NCBI GenBank assembly: GCA_040954595.2
Contig: CM082583.2
Location: 5,268,849 to 5,332,848 of the forward strand
From: Balanoglossus misakiensis
Taxonomy: Eukaryota; Animalia; Hemichordata
Length of the DNA: 64,000 bases
Reading direction: 5' to 3'
Shown here: positions 14,662 to 25,719 of the stretch, piece by piece
How positions within the stretch are numbered: the stretch's first letter is position 1
Layout of the letters: every line of letters starts with the position of its first letter
Notes under the pieces: generated by a model
Told to the model about the DNA's origin: nothing
Databases searched by the model: none
What the model saw: the letters and a program-made list of their open reading frames with translations, nothing else
Made by a program: the position numbers and the translations under genes

Positions 14662-17600
14662 ATGGATGTCATTAGGAGAGTTCTGGAAAAATATAATTTT
14701 AGTTACCATCTAAAGCATGAACAGTTGCTTATCATCAGGAACATAATTGATAGGAAGCACACTTGTGGAATTCTGCCAACCGGGTTTGGAAAAAGTGACT
14801 GTTTTGTTATTCCACAATTGGTTGTTGATGAGGTGAGTACATTTATTTATGACTTCATGATAATTTAAACACTGAATATGAAAAGCTTGAAAACTAGATT
14901 GATATTGAAGTTTTACACCTATCCAGTCACAGCAACCATAGACACTGTCTATGCAGCAACTTTTAAATGTTATCTTCACTTCAATTCTAGATGTCTCCAG
15001 AGAACACACCACACATTGGTATAGTTGTATCTCCGCTCAGAAGCTTAATGATTAATCAGCAGAAAAGGTGGACTGAGCAGGGTGTTAAGGCTGCTTGCAT
15101 TCTGAAAATGGCAGAGATGACTCGGGAGGAAATAAAAGGTTAATGGATTTATATGCTACAATCAATTTGTTTGATGTTACATTCAATGTTTCATTGAAAT
15201 ATTAAATCTTATGCTTAATGTTTAATTACATTTTCATTTTTGATCACAGACATCATCGAGGGAAAATATTCTGTAGTTTTCACCTCCCCTGAATCTATAT
15301 GCAGAGAACCCTGGCAGTCCATGCTAAGAAATGATGTTTACAAGAATAGATTGGTATTCTTAGCATGTGATGAAGCACATTGTATTATAGAGTGGTGAGT
15401 AACAACACTTTGCCTAGCTTTGACATAAAGATTTAATTAAAGAAACATGTTGCACTTTATTCTGGGTACAATCGCATGGGCAATGGCTTCTGGTGTGTAC
15501 AATGGCATAGCTCGAAAGTCCAACAAACTAGTTGGATAAAGCCTTGTATCAAGGCTTTACATGTAGCTCAGCCAACTATGTTTACTACCTCAAGATGACA
15601 GATTTTTCAAGCAATAAATCACATAAAACACGCTGATTTGTCCTACAAATATCACAATTTACACACAAGTCTACTGAGTTTTAATATGAACCTGACAAGT
15701 GGTAAGATTTTTTAGTTAATATTCTATTTCAATTTTGCATACCATGTATCCAATGGTTAAGGACATAGCTGTAAAAGATGTACCATTACACTACAATCTT
15801 TGCTTTGGTTTAAGGGGTGATGATTTCAGACCAGAATATAAACAGGTATCTGTGTTGAGAAGCCTCTTGACATGTCCTCTACTGATTTTGACTGCCACTG
15901 CCACTGAAACCATGAGGAAAAAAATCTTGCTCAATTTATTGTTGGATGACTCAGACGTAAAGACTGTTGCTGTTCTGCCTGACAGGTAAGAGCTTTAATT
16001 TGAAGAACATGTCACTATTTGTGTTACCAAAGCAAATTATGTCTTTGGCTTATTCTTCTGTACCACACAGAATAAATAACTAAAGAGTCAGCACAAGTAC
16101 AGCCACTCTCCGCTCAATCAACGGGCAATATATCACGGGCCTTATCAAGTTTTTTTGCATACAATCTAAAACGCTTGATTAGCCCACTTGGACTCTTCAC
16201 AGCTGTGTTATGATGGTACCCTGGGAATGATGCATGTTTCCGCCCAGGACGAATATCAAAAAGGCCATCATCTTTGTATTCTTTCACAAACTTTGAAATA
16301 TCACTTCTGTAGTTTGGTTTTCCACCAGCACTTGTTGATACACGTGTCTCAGCAACTTTGTCTTCATATAACTTGTTGATGGCATTGCCCATGCTGCCTC
16401 CCATTTGGCTCATTCTTGCAACTTGCGCATCAGTGTACTTGCCCCTTGACTGTTTTAAAGCTTCTGTGAAAATTTAATGCATGCAAAGTTATGCTGTTAG
16501 GCTGTGACATTTCTTCATGTGGCCATAATATGTCTTTCATACATTCAGTGATCGTTAAGGGAAAAAATGCGGAAACTCATGAAAAGCTTTGATGTGCAGC
16601 TTTAATGATATGAATCACATAAATGTATTTTACATGTAAGATTTCGACTACTTCTTCCTCATTTTTGAAAGAAATTAATCAAAAAATTTCTTCATTTACA
16701 GACCAAATATATTTCTTCACTTTAAAAGTGAAATAGGTATGAATTTTGATAAAGAACTTGCATGGTACTTTGAACACCTGAGAAGTGAAGGAAAGAAAGC
16801 CAAAAAAGCAATAATCTACTGCAGGTCAGTACTAGGCCCTCTTCATAAAATTATTATCAAACTTCTACTTTTTATTACCAAGAAAGCAATGCACAATTCA
16901 GCATGGCCAATCCTTTCCAAGACATGATAGAATAAACTGCTGCTGGGTATTGATTGACATTTTTATACTTGAAAAAAATATACCTATATTGTATACCATA
17001 ATAAATATTTTTCCATCATGTCTGCAATATCTCAACATATCAATAAATAATCTCTGTATGTGGTAATACATTTGATTTCAGGACCATCAGAGAAGTAGCA
17101 GATGTTTACGAGCATTTTGTTGCTGAGTTAGGAGAAAAGGCTTGGTGTGGTGAAGCAAAACATGTTGAAAATAGACTTATTGATATGTACCACTCATCTG
17201 TGGATGAAGCCACTGAAAGAAGGATTGTTACCATATTCCCCACAGAAGCCAGTGTGATCAGATGTCTGGTATCAACGGTGGCATTTGGTATGGGGATTCA
17301 AGTCAATGATATTGATATTGTTATTCACTGGGGTGTTAGCAAATCAATCCTGTCATACTGGCAAGAAGTTGGGCGGTGTGGAAGGGATGGGAGAAGAGCT
17401 GATGCATTTCTGTATGCCACAAAGAAAAGTCTAAATAAACAAAGGATTAGTGAAGAAGTTATTAAATTTTGTTCGCAACTTCAGAGTCCATCCGATAATT
17501 GTGTAAGATATCATGTGTTAAACCATCTTTTTGTTGATGGCATGGGCATCCATCAATTAGATAAGCTTAGAAGTAGAGAAACATGCAAAGGCCCTCAACC

Positions 17601-17667
17601 AACAGGCAGATGTAATTGTTTATTTCAGTCTTGTTGTAGTAACTGTAGAAAAAAGTGTTTACAGTAG
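14662..17667 (+). CDS. Transposon-encoded RecQ-like DEAH helicase (6 exons, about 447 aa)
   Basis: Exons 14662-14832, 14991-15138, 15250-15394, 15815-15985, 16702-16824, 17082-17667 (1344 nt, in frame). Motifs: I LPTGFGKS, Ia VVSPLRSLM, II DEAHCIIEWGDDFRPEY (RecQ aromatic loop), III LTATAT, IV IIYCR, V STVAFGMGI, VI YWQEVGRCGRDG, and a Cys-rich C-terminus. Confidence 0.93.
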
Positions 17668-20600
17668 TTTAGGAGACAAATTTACACTGATAAAGTCTAG
17701 AAATTCTGAATATTAAAGTCCACTCATTAATTGAAGTAAGATTAGGTGAAAGATATCAATACATGTATGTCATTCATTTTTAAAATTACTGTTCCTTCAT
17801 GGAGGCGTAAGGCATTCTTTTTCTGCTTTATGTCCCCTTTGGTGGTAGATGATAATCATTCCATGGCTTCATTCATGGACAAACTGCATTTTTAGAGTTT
17901 ATTTCATTATATCCTGTTAATTATTGGTAAAAATAGACTCACCTTTGAACTCATTATTCAGGAATTCTGTACCCAAATCCATGGCAATATTTTTGCCTGG
18001 TCCTCCATGTAAATTAATTGTCCTGTTCCATATAACTTCATTTGCTAATCTTGGAGGTAACCATCCATGAACACCTGACAACCAATAACATTACTGAATG
18101 ATCAACTGAGAACTGTTGTAAAAAATATCACATTCAAAAATGCTCTAACAAAATTCACTGTGGATGATGATGACATTCGCACTCTATAGTTTACACCTGG
18201 TGTTTCTTTTCTGTATTCTGTGACTGACATATTCACATAAATCTGTAAACTGTCTTTAACATGTTAAGGGTATTGTCATAAAAACAACCCTCCTAACTTT
18301 GCAGTATCCCTGAATGAAGTTCTACACTGGAAATCTGGTAATCAAGTTACTTTAACAAAACATCTGCCTGTCAGGCTGTTCGATCTGTAATATGCAAGTC
18401 CTATTTGTTGAGATGGCAAGTATTCAGTTTGTATATGGGATGATTCAAGGTGTACATGTCTAGCCTGAAATTCAACAGTGTACTATAGCACAGAGCAGTT
18501 TGCTGAAACACACATGCATAGTTTGTGGACTTTTGCAACGTCAGCAGGCTGTATGGAGTTGAAACATTGTACATACAGTAGTTAACAGTTATTAGAAAAA
18601 TAGTGTACGAAGTTTTACAATTCCAATAGTTATTACCAGTAATGAGCCTGTGGCCTAGAATCAGGTACTTGTAATGGTTCCTTTGCCAAAAGTTTAACAT
18701 ATCTATCTTCCAATGCTCTATCATTGCAGGGCCATCATTTTCCCTAATGGCATCACGTCTGACCAAATCATTTAATCCTCTCCACAGCAGACCACAGGAA
18801 TAATTGTACAGATGGTCATGATTTTGGTTGTCACATGTATCTGTATTGTGCCTTGGAATAGTATTATCTGTGAACCAAAAAAGTAAAAATTAAGTGAAAC
18901 TGATATGATCTTCCTCATTTCAAAAAAAATCGTATATTTCTCAAGATGGCTTTATACTTACAATATTTTGATCATATTGCATCAAACATAAAATTTTTGC
19001 CAAATTTACCTCATTTATTAATATTAAGTACATATTGACACAGTGGGTGTCCTGCATGTAGAGTTGATGAAATTTACTTCTTAGCTGTGCGCAATCATTG
19101 CTAAAAATGTGATTTTTTATGATGTCATTTCAACTTCTGTAGACATTTTCAAAATCTAACATTGAAAAAAACACTAGTGTGTAAAATTGAAAAGAAATAG
19201 CAGACAGGTTACCTCTACATGTGTCAGTACAAAACCATTCCTCAGGGTCATCTGGTAAGGTATCCTCTGTTAACAGCACACATGGAAGATGGAACCAATC
19301 TCCATAACTGCATTCAGCATTGCTGCATTGTATCATCACACCACCAACATCTGATGAAGAAATGTTATTTTAAAGCTCAACTAGCTGTAGCATTTAGCTA
19401 ATCAATGCTGGTTACTATCTGTAGGGTCTTTTAGTTTTAAGTCTGGATGTCAACGGAATGACTTCACTAAACATTTATCAGACAATTTTTTTTCAGTAAA
19501 GAAATATATTTCAAATAAAATTGTTAAACTTAATAACATTTTCAGATACCTTCTTTACAAATGCAATATCTGTAGTCATCACTGTCATCATCACCATCAT
19601 CTCTGCCAACTGTGTGAATCTCCTCTCTGTCACCATTGGTACCATCTGTCTCATCTATATCATCATGTCTCGACTCTTGCTGTATAAGTTCTTCCAAATC
19701 AGCTGTGTTCATCTGTACCCATATTTCTTCGATGACATCTTTACAGATTTTGCTCAGATATTCTGTACGCACCTGTAATGGCTCTTCAAAGACGGAGTCA
19801 CGCGGTTGACTGTCAAGTGATGACAGCTGTAGTTTTTTCATGGTAATCAGGCAAACCAGACCTTCAGTTACAAACTTCAGAAAGTCTGTAACATGATTGA
19901 AGCAATCCATTACCTTCTGCTTAACTGCTCGATGGTTGAATGCATTCTTCGCATGTGCCAATGTTGCTCTGTCTGCTGCACTTCTTGGATCATGGAATTC
20001 ATCCATTAAATCCTAAAATTTCAATTCACAATATAAAACCAGAAAAATATGTCAAATTAGCAGTTGTCAGCCCTTTACCAGTCAAAGACTGACACTTTAA
20101 GCCACAGTAGCTGTAACTTTGGACATCTTTGTTGCCCATGATGGAAACCAAGTAGAGAATGTACATATGCAGCACAACTAGGATGGAATAGAGAATTGTT
20201 ATCTGCTATGGGAAGCGAAATGTATGTTTAATCCTTTCGCTTAGCCTTACATGAAGGGTAAATTAACAGCTTACTTGTAGAAGTAGTCCTCTCTTATGGA
20301 ATTCTTGCGAGACTGGTTCTAGGCCACGAAGACGTCCCCTTTCAGTTGTACAGCCGGCTCTTGCTCTCTGAGAATCCACATGTCTCTCAATAGAGAGACC
20401 ATCTCCCTGGCACATAATGACATGGTACTGTCCATTGGCAATACCATCAGTGACATCATTAGGTGTATTTATTCTTGGGACATACTTGTGAAGCCAATCA
20501 AGAATACTGATAACACCTTGCAGTGATGACGGATTTTCCTCACAAACTCCAAGGTTGACCTGAATTGAATAGAAAGTGATGAAGTTTATTAAAGTCAATA

Positions 20601-23600
20601 CCTTTGTTTGGGAGACAATGTCAAAGCTATATCACTTGCATGCAAGTATACACTCCACTTTGATTGGCCAATAGGCACAATGGCATATACGGTATAACAA
20701 ATCACTACATTGTTTAAAGCCACAGCAGCTGTAATTTTTGACAATTTTTCTGCCCAATGATCTATTGAACCCATGCGAAGAGTCAGCAACAAGCAAGGGT
20801 CTACTAATAAAATGTAACCTGATGCACACTAGAATGCTTACGGGGCACATTGTTTGTCAACATAACTGATTATCACAAGGAAAGGATACATGTTGCACAC
20901 TGCGGTCAAATAGTGGGTGATCGATTCTCCATGATTCAGTATATGGGTATCAATATGAATAGGTTGTTATTTGTAAAAAATTAGTGAAAATATCCTCCAT
21001 AGTTAAAGCTGCTGTGCTGTCCCTTTAAGTAAGATGAGATAATTGACTGACTTACAAGATCACTCCTTTTGGCCGACTCACTTGAGTATTCATGTGGCAC
21101 ATGGGCTTGAACGCAGCTGATGTAGTACTGGTTAAAATGAACAAAATGTTCACAAATAATCCTCGAAACGAGTGTTTCCAAACGACTTCTTAGATGGTTG
21201 AAAGTCTCCCTTGAAGGCAGATATGTCATCAGAGGAATTTCAGATGCTTTTAGTGTGTTCCTCTCATCATCCAGGTGTCTGAAAGAAATCCTATTCTTTG
21301 CTGCATATGCCATGGCCCACATAAGCATCTTGTTCTTTCTTGTTGTTGACTGATGACGTGCCACAGTCTCTACTTGGACATTGTCCCATGCCAATGAGAA
21401 TCCTGGATCTTAAAATGAATGAAGTGGTTTAGTATTGCGTGTATTATTTTCCTTCAACTAAACATTCATCCAATCATTCATCCATTCATTCCTTTTTTCA
21501 CTCAGTCATACATGTACATTTGTATATGCAATAACACATGAATTCATAGATTTATTCAAGTTATCTGCAATGCTATAAATGCACTCGAAAGAAGCAATTT
21601 ACATGTCCTTGTGACATGCTGGTTTGCCTTTTAGTGAAAATCTGATTGTACTCAGGATAGCTACATTCTAGTTGTGGACACATTTATTGTTTTGCTTAAA
21701 GCCCCATGAGCTGTAACTTCTGGGATTTTTCTCATTATGTTTGTTCTGTGTGTCAACTACAGTTTCTGGTTTGAATCCCCATTAATTTAAGCATGAATAA
21801 ACTCAGTATTTAGCTATCAACACAACTACATTGTAATTGTTGAAAATTGTATTCAAGTTCAGACTAGAATTCGTTTGTTAACAATAACAATAACAATGGT
21901 CATTTCACATGAATTAGTAGTGTTGGCAAAAACCGTAGTTAAGCACAGAATAAGAGTTACATACTGAGAAAATAGCCACAAATTACCACTATCCCTTTCA
22001 TTAAGTTAATAGTGAATATTAACAACTTTACATCAAACAGAAAACAGCTATAGAAAAAATCAGTATCACAAGGAGAGTACCAGGATGTAAAATTACGTAA
22101 AAGATTCTTTGAAAACTTACTTAACTCTGCAACCTGGCTTTCATCACCATGTACATTGTTCTGGGTCCGTATGTCAGTTTCTGTTTCTGGAGTTTCTCCA
22201 AAGAGACATCTTGCTGTTGCTGTCCTGGTAGGGGCTGGTTGTTGCCCAGGTTCATGTTGATTCTATAGAGTAAATGTTATTTCTCACTTGAAAGTCACAT
22301 TACATGTGTGGAAAAGTTTTGTATGACAGGAGAACTATTTTGAATGTCAGCTGTGATTACTACCAAAGTTGATAAATCACAATCACAACTAACAGTGCTA
22401 TGTACATGCAGCAGATCATTTTCAATTTAAACAGCATTAGCAAGTAATTTTCATTTTGTCTTTGTGAAAACTGTAAAAGTGTTACTATTATAGATGAAAA
22501 ATACTTACAGTCTTCTCTGATTCTATGTCATTGATCCACTCTTTTATTTTGCTGTCATGGGAATTTTTCAGCCGGTCAACAACCATACGTGCCCCTGTCT
22601 TGGATAGGCAAATACCCAACTTGTTGAAACACTGGAAAAGCTGAATGAGAGAACATGGAGACATTACATTTGATGAATTACTTTGAAATCTTGGGCCAGG
22701 GAATTCACAGATTACATGACTAGGCTAATGTAGAAATTACTGTTATTAAATTTGGGCCATTTTGTCCAGCATGAACGTTTCTTGAGCCAATACATACTAC
22801 TCCCTCAAGCAGGAAAATTAGGATTCTATAAAATTTTATTGAACTCTCTGGAACTTTTCTTGTATGGGATTTTCATTTTTATCATATCCTATTGCCAACA
22901 AGCCTGAAAGTAAATGAAATGCAGGGTACACTGTGAGATGTTTTTTTAGTAACAATGGAAATATTTTAACCACTTACTCTTTCACTGCAACCATTTTTCC
23001 ACATTTGTAATGAATTAACTCCAGCTAAAAATCTGAACTTGGAAGGTGATCTTATGTGTAATAATGTTAGGAAAAGACTACCAATTTGGCTGGTTGTTGG
23101 GTGTTGTATGCTTCCTGTAATTCTGTCAATAAAAGTAACACAATATAAACCACAATGTCACAGCCATAAAGGGAATAAAATTTACCTTTGGAATTACTAC
23201 CTGTCAGGTATGGTTTAGCATGCGTTTAAAAATGAAGTATTATTATATCCATACATATACGTGACACTAAGAAATTCATGATAATACTTACAAGTTTCTG
23301 TGATTCTTTTGCATCATAGATAATAAACAAGTAAATGAAAATGGCATTTCTTGCTTTAACTCCTGGGTGATATTAGCCCAAGAAAATGTGGTTAAGTTTT
23401 CCATGCTAACTGGCTTTGAAGTCTGCCGCTGGCCTTTGGAGTACCCTTTCACCTCTTGTTTGATTATCTTTGTGACAACAGTCATTAGAGCTCGCTTTGC
23501 TGATGAACTACTTCCTGCCAGCACGGTGAAAGCTTCTTTGTATTTCGACTGTTGGATACATCTTATAGCCTTTCTTCTGCTTGATGTTACCTAAAGACAG

Positions 23601-24526
23601 GCATGGATGAATTGACTGATTTTACACATCTTCGTAAAAAGTTTTTTTAGTAAAGTATGGAGAAAGGAATCAACCAAAATGCTTAGGATAATGTTAGTTG
23701 TACTGTATTTAGTCATAGCTACAGAACTTTTGTTTGTTTTAGCATCACCACGTAATATGATTTCTAGTATGGTAAGTCAAAAAACAGCAATTCATATAAT
23801 TTATTTAGACAGACAAATAAAATAACTTTGGATTTAATGAACACTTTTGTAAAGGCCAACTATTTCACATTAATATTGGAAATCAAATATTGAAATGCAG
23901 TAATACCTATCTAAACTGAGCAATGAAGGGACTGAGGAAACTGTTCGGTTGGTTTACAGAGGTGTCTGGTTTATAGAGGTTCCTTAAACATGGTATTCTA
24001 TGAGGAAGGGACTAGAAGAGGTGTTTAGTATAGACAGCTTTCAACATTAGACAGAGTTTGGTTCAGACAGGTTTCACTGTATTGATATTTGTTTACATCA
24101 ACAATGCATGGCCACACAGATCCAAATTGTCGTTCTTACCTTTGAATTGTTTGGTACTTTTACCGGTAAGTTCTTCAGTGGTGTTCCACTGATTCGTCTC
24201 CTCTTGTATTGCAATGGTGATTTCACTGGTGATCTTAAAGGAGAAATCTTCTTTGCCATGTAGGATTCCTTCCCCTTGCTCTCCCGAAAAGATTGGGAAA
24301 AACTGCCATATTTTTCCCTGGAGCTTTGAATTTTCGCCAATAGATTCGCACAACTTGTGCAAATGTGACGAACCTTACCTGGGGAGGCTTTTAGGTCAAA
24401 TTCACACTCCAACACCTCAATAGCTGTCAATTTTGAGTGTGGCAGTTTAGAGTCTAGTCTCTGCCTATGGAACCCTTTCTGTTTGATGGCAAAATTGCCA
24501 CCACAATTAACACAAGCATTCTCCAT
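16114..24526 (-). CDS. Academ DDE transposase with N-terminal CxxC...CxxC motif and internal PHD finger (12 exons, about 1018 aa)
   Basis: Exons (-): 24140-24526, 23292-23590, 22978-23122, 22509-22640, 22121-22262, 21056-21408, 20275-20559, 19550-20012, 19213-19350, 18637-18867, 17943-18074, 16114-16463 (3057 nt, GT-AG, phases consistent, no stops seen). Candidate catalytic motifs WDNV, GDGLS and NIAMDLGTEFLNN; PHD finger YCICKEDVGGVMIQCSNAECSYGDWFHLPCV...WFCTDTC. Confidence 0.88.
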
Positions 24527-24871
24527 TGCAGAGAATGTGTAATGTGACAAGGACTGATTGTGGGATTGCTTTTATAATTACTATGGAATTCGAGGTATGC
24601 AGTAATCAGTGGTTATGACAATCAATGACATCTGTTTCCAATTAATTACTTTCATAATGTAAGAAAGCAGAGACTACAAAAAATGACATTAAAAGGCAAT
24701 GCTTTTGTAATAAATATTTAATCGATGTTTAATTTAAAATAATTATATTAAAAATAATCATGAAAAGAAGACTAGTACAAAAATTTACTCAGAAAGTACG
24801 GAAAATTTAAGAAATTTAACATGTTTAATACAGTTTGTTTTAACTTTCTCCTAACTCTGAGCGCTAAAAAT

Positions 24872-25206
24872 AGTTTTCGGCAAACTTTCGCGCAAAGGCT
24901 CCTGGGTAAACTCGTCGGGCAACGAGATTCAACATGGCGGCGTTCTTAGGGATCTTCTCGCATAAACATCGAAAACGGGCCTTAACGCAAGCAATCAGGT
25001 ATATTTTAGCTCAAATTGCTAGCGACTGGAGTACTCGAGGCCAGTGACGAAGATCGACGCACGTTTTGAGTTCGAATTCGGCAGTTTTTGGTAAGGAAAC
25101 CCTTCCGATACAAATCCGCGGAGTTTCGCCAGTTTTGTCTATGGAGCTTTGCAGGGCTGTGGGTGGAGGGCTCGCCGTAACAACACAGCCCTGCCACGCA
25201 GAGCTA
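24872..25206 (-). repeat. Right terminal inverted repeat (335 bp)
   Basis: Reverse complement of 13934-14268; ends ...CGCAGAGCTA, followed by the TSD GGGGCCCAC. Confidence 0.97.
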
Positions 25207-25588
25207 GGGGCCCACTTGCCTGCATGTTTTTGCCATATCTGCTTTCAATCTGAGTCTTGATATTTCTGCAAAGCTTCCGCCTTTGTCTTTGGAATGCACG
25301 GTACAAGAGTTTGACATCTTGATGATCTCTGCAACAAATTTGTGTGGGATACAAAAGAGGTTAAATATGAATCAAAACAGTCCCATCACACATCAATAAC
25401 AGAGGATCGAATGGGGCTGATTTTTGCCACATTTCCATTCTACAAAGCCAAACTACAAACACATTTTGGACTCCTGATGCGAGGTTACAAAGAATTAAGG
25501 GAGAGGTGGTTGCTCACCTAAATTTGTACGGAAACAGATTCTGAAATTCTTCAAAACCACACCAGTTGTGCAGTTCATCGTCGAGGAG

Positions 25589-25682
25589 TAGTCTCGGTTA
25601 CCCAGACGCCTTTGCTTCTTCCGATGCTCTCCTTTTCTGGAGAGCATCGGAAGAAGCAAAGGCGTCTGGGTAACCGAGACTA
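25589..25682. mobile_element. 94-bp perfect-hairpin Academ-type mini element
   Basis: 44-bp perfect arms (TAGTCTCGGTTACCCAGACGCCTTTGCTTCTTCCGATGCTCTCC) around a 6-nt loop TTTTCT; 10-bp TSD CGTCGAGGAG at 25579-25588 and 25683-25692; TAG...CTA ends. Confidence 0.92.
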
Positions 25683-25719
25683 CGTCGAGGAGAAAATCGG
25701 ACACAATGTCGGCCGCCAT

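Larger units (their letters stand above)
13934..25206. mobile_element. Autonomous AcademH (AcademHP-like) DNA transposon, 11,273 bp
   Basis: 335-bp TIRs with TAG...CTA termini; 9-bp TSD GGGGCCCAC at 13925-13933 and 25207-25215; encodes a RecQ-like SF2 helicase and a DDE transposase with an inserted PHD finger. Helicase, PHD finger and 9-10-bp TSD together define the AcademH/AcademHP lineage. Confidence 0.93.
12087..25719 (-). pseudogene. Insertion-disrupted 6-exon gene for a Cnl2/Nkp2-like small coiled-coil (kinetochore-type) protein, 167 aa when reconstructed
   Basis: Exons (-): 25518-25719 (contains the 94-bp element plus 10-bp TSD), 25207-25328 joined to 13884-13924 (split by the AcademH element), 12924-13013, 12719-12771, 12454-12526, 12087-12113. 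All junctions are GT-AG and phase-compatible (98+163+90+53+73+27=504 nt). Reconstructed: MAADIVSDFLLDDELHNWCGFEEFQNLFPYKFRDHQDVKLLYRAFQRQRRKLCRNIKTQIESRYGKNMQASGPRELDLSTVPLYTIQALELSLQSSYLKSVDDAIHHLEDIEDDLQEELSDTQQEITQHKKRLECFDEIITKVQEFDQLTETCDHKTLQEVTQLIEN. The gene model is well supported; the family call rests on recalled similarity. Confidence 0.75.

Noticed and set aside
14662-17667. Helicase as a host RecQ gene, or the element as a Helitron/Polinton
   Set aside because: It lies between TIRs with a TSD and lacks HRDC/winged-helix extensions. It is SF2 RecQ-like rather than Pif1, and no Rep nuclease, polymerase B or integrase is present.
25579-25692. 94-bp hairpin acting as a spliceable (Introner-like) intron that restores exon 1
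   Set aside because: A GT donor is created (GAC|GTAGTC on the minus strand), but the frame-restoring AG acceptors I checked retain an in-frame TAA (GGG TAA) and the most distal AG is out of frame.
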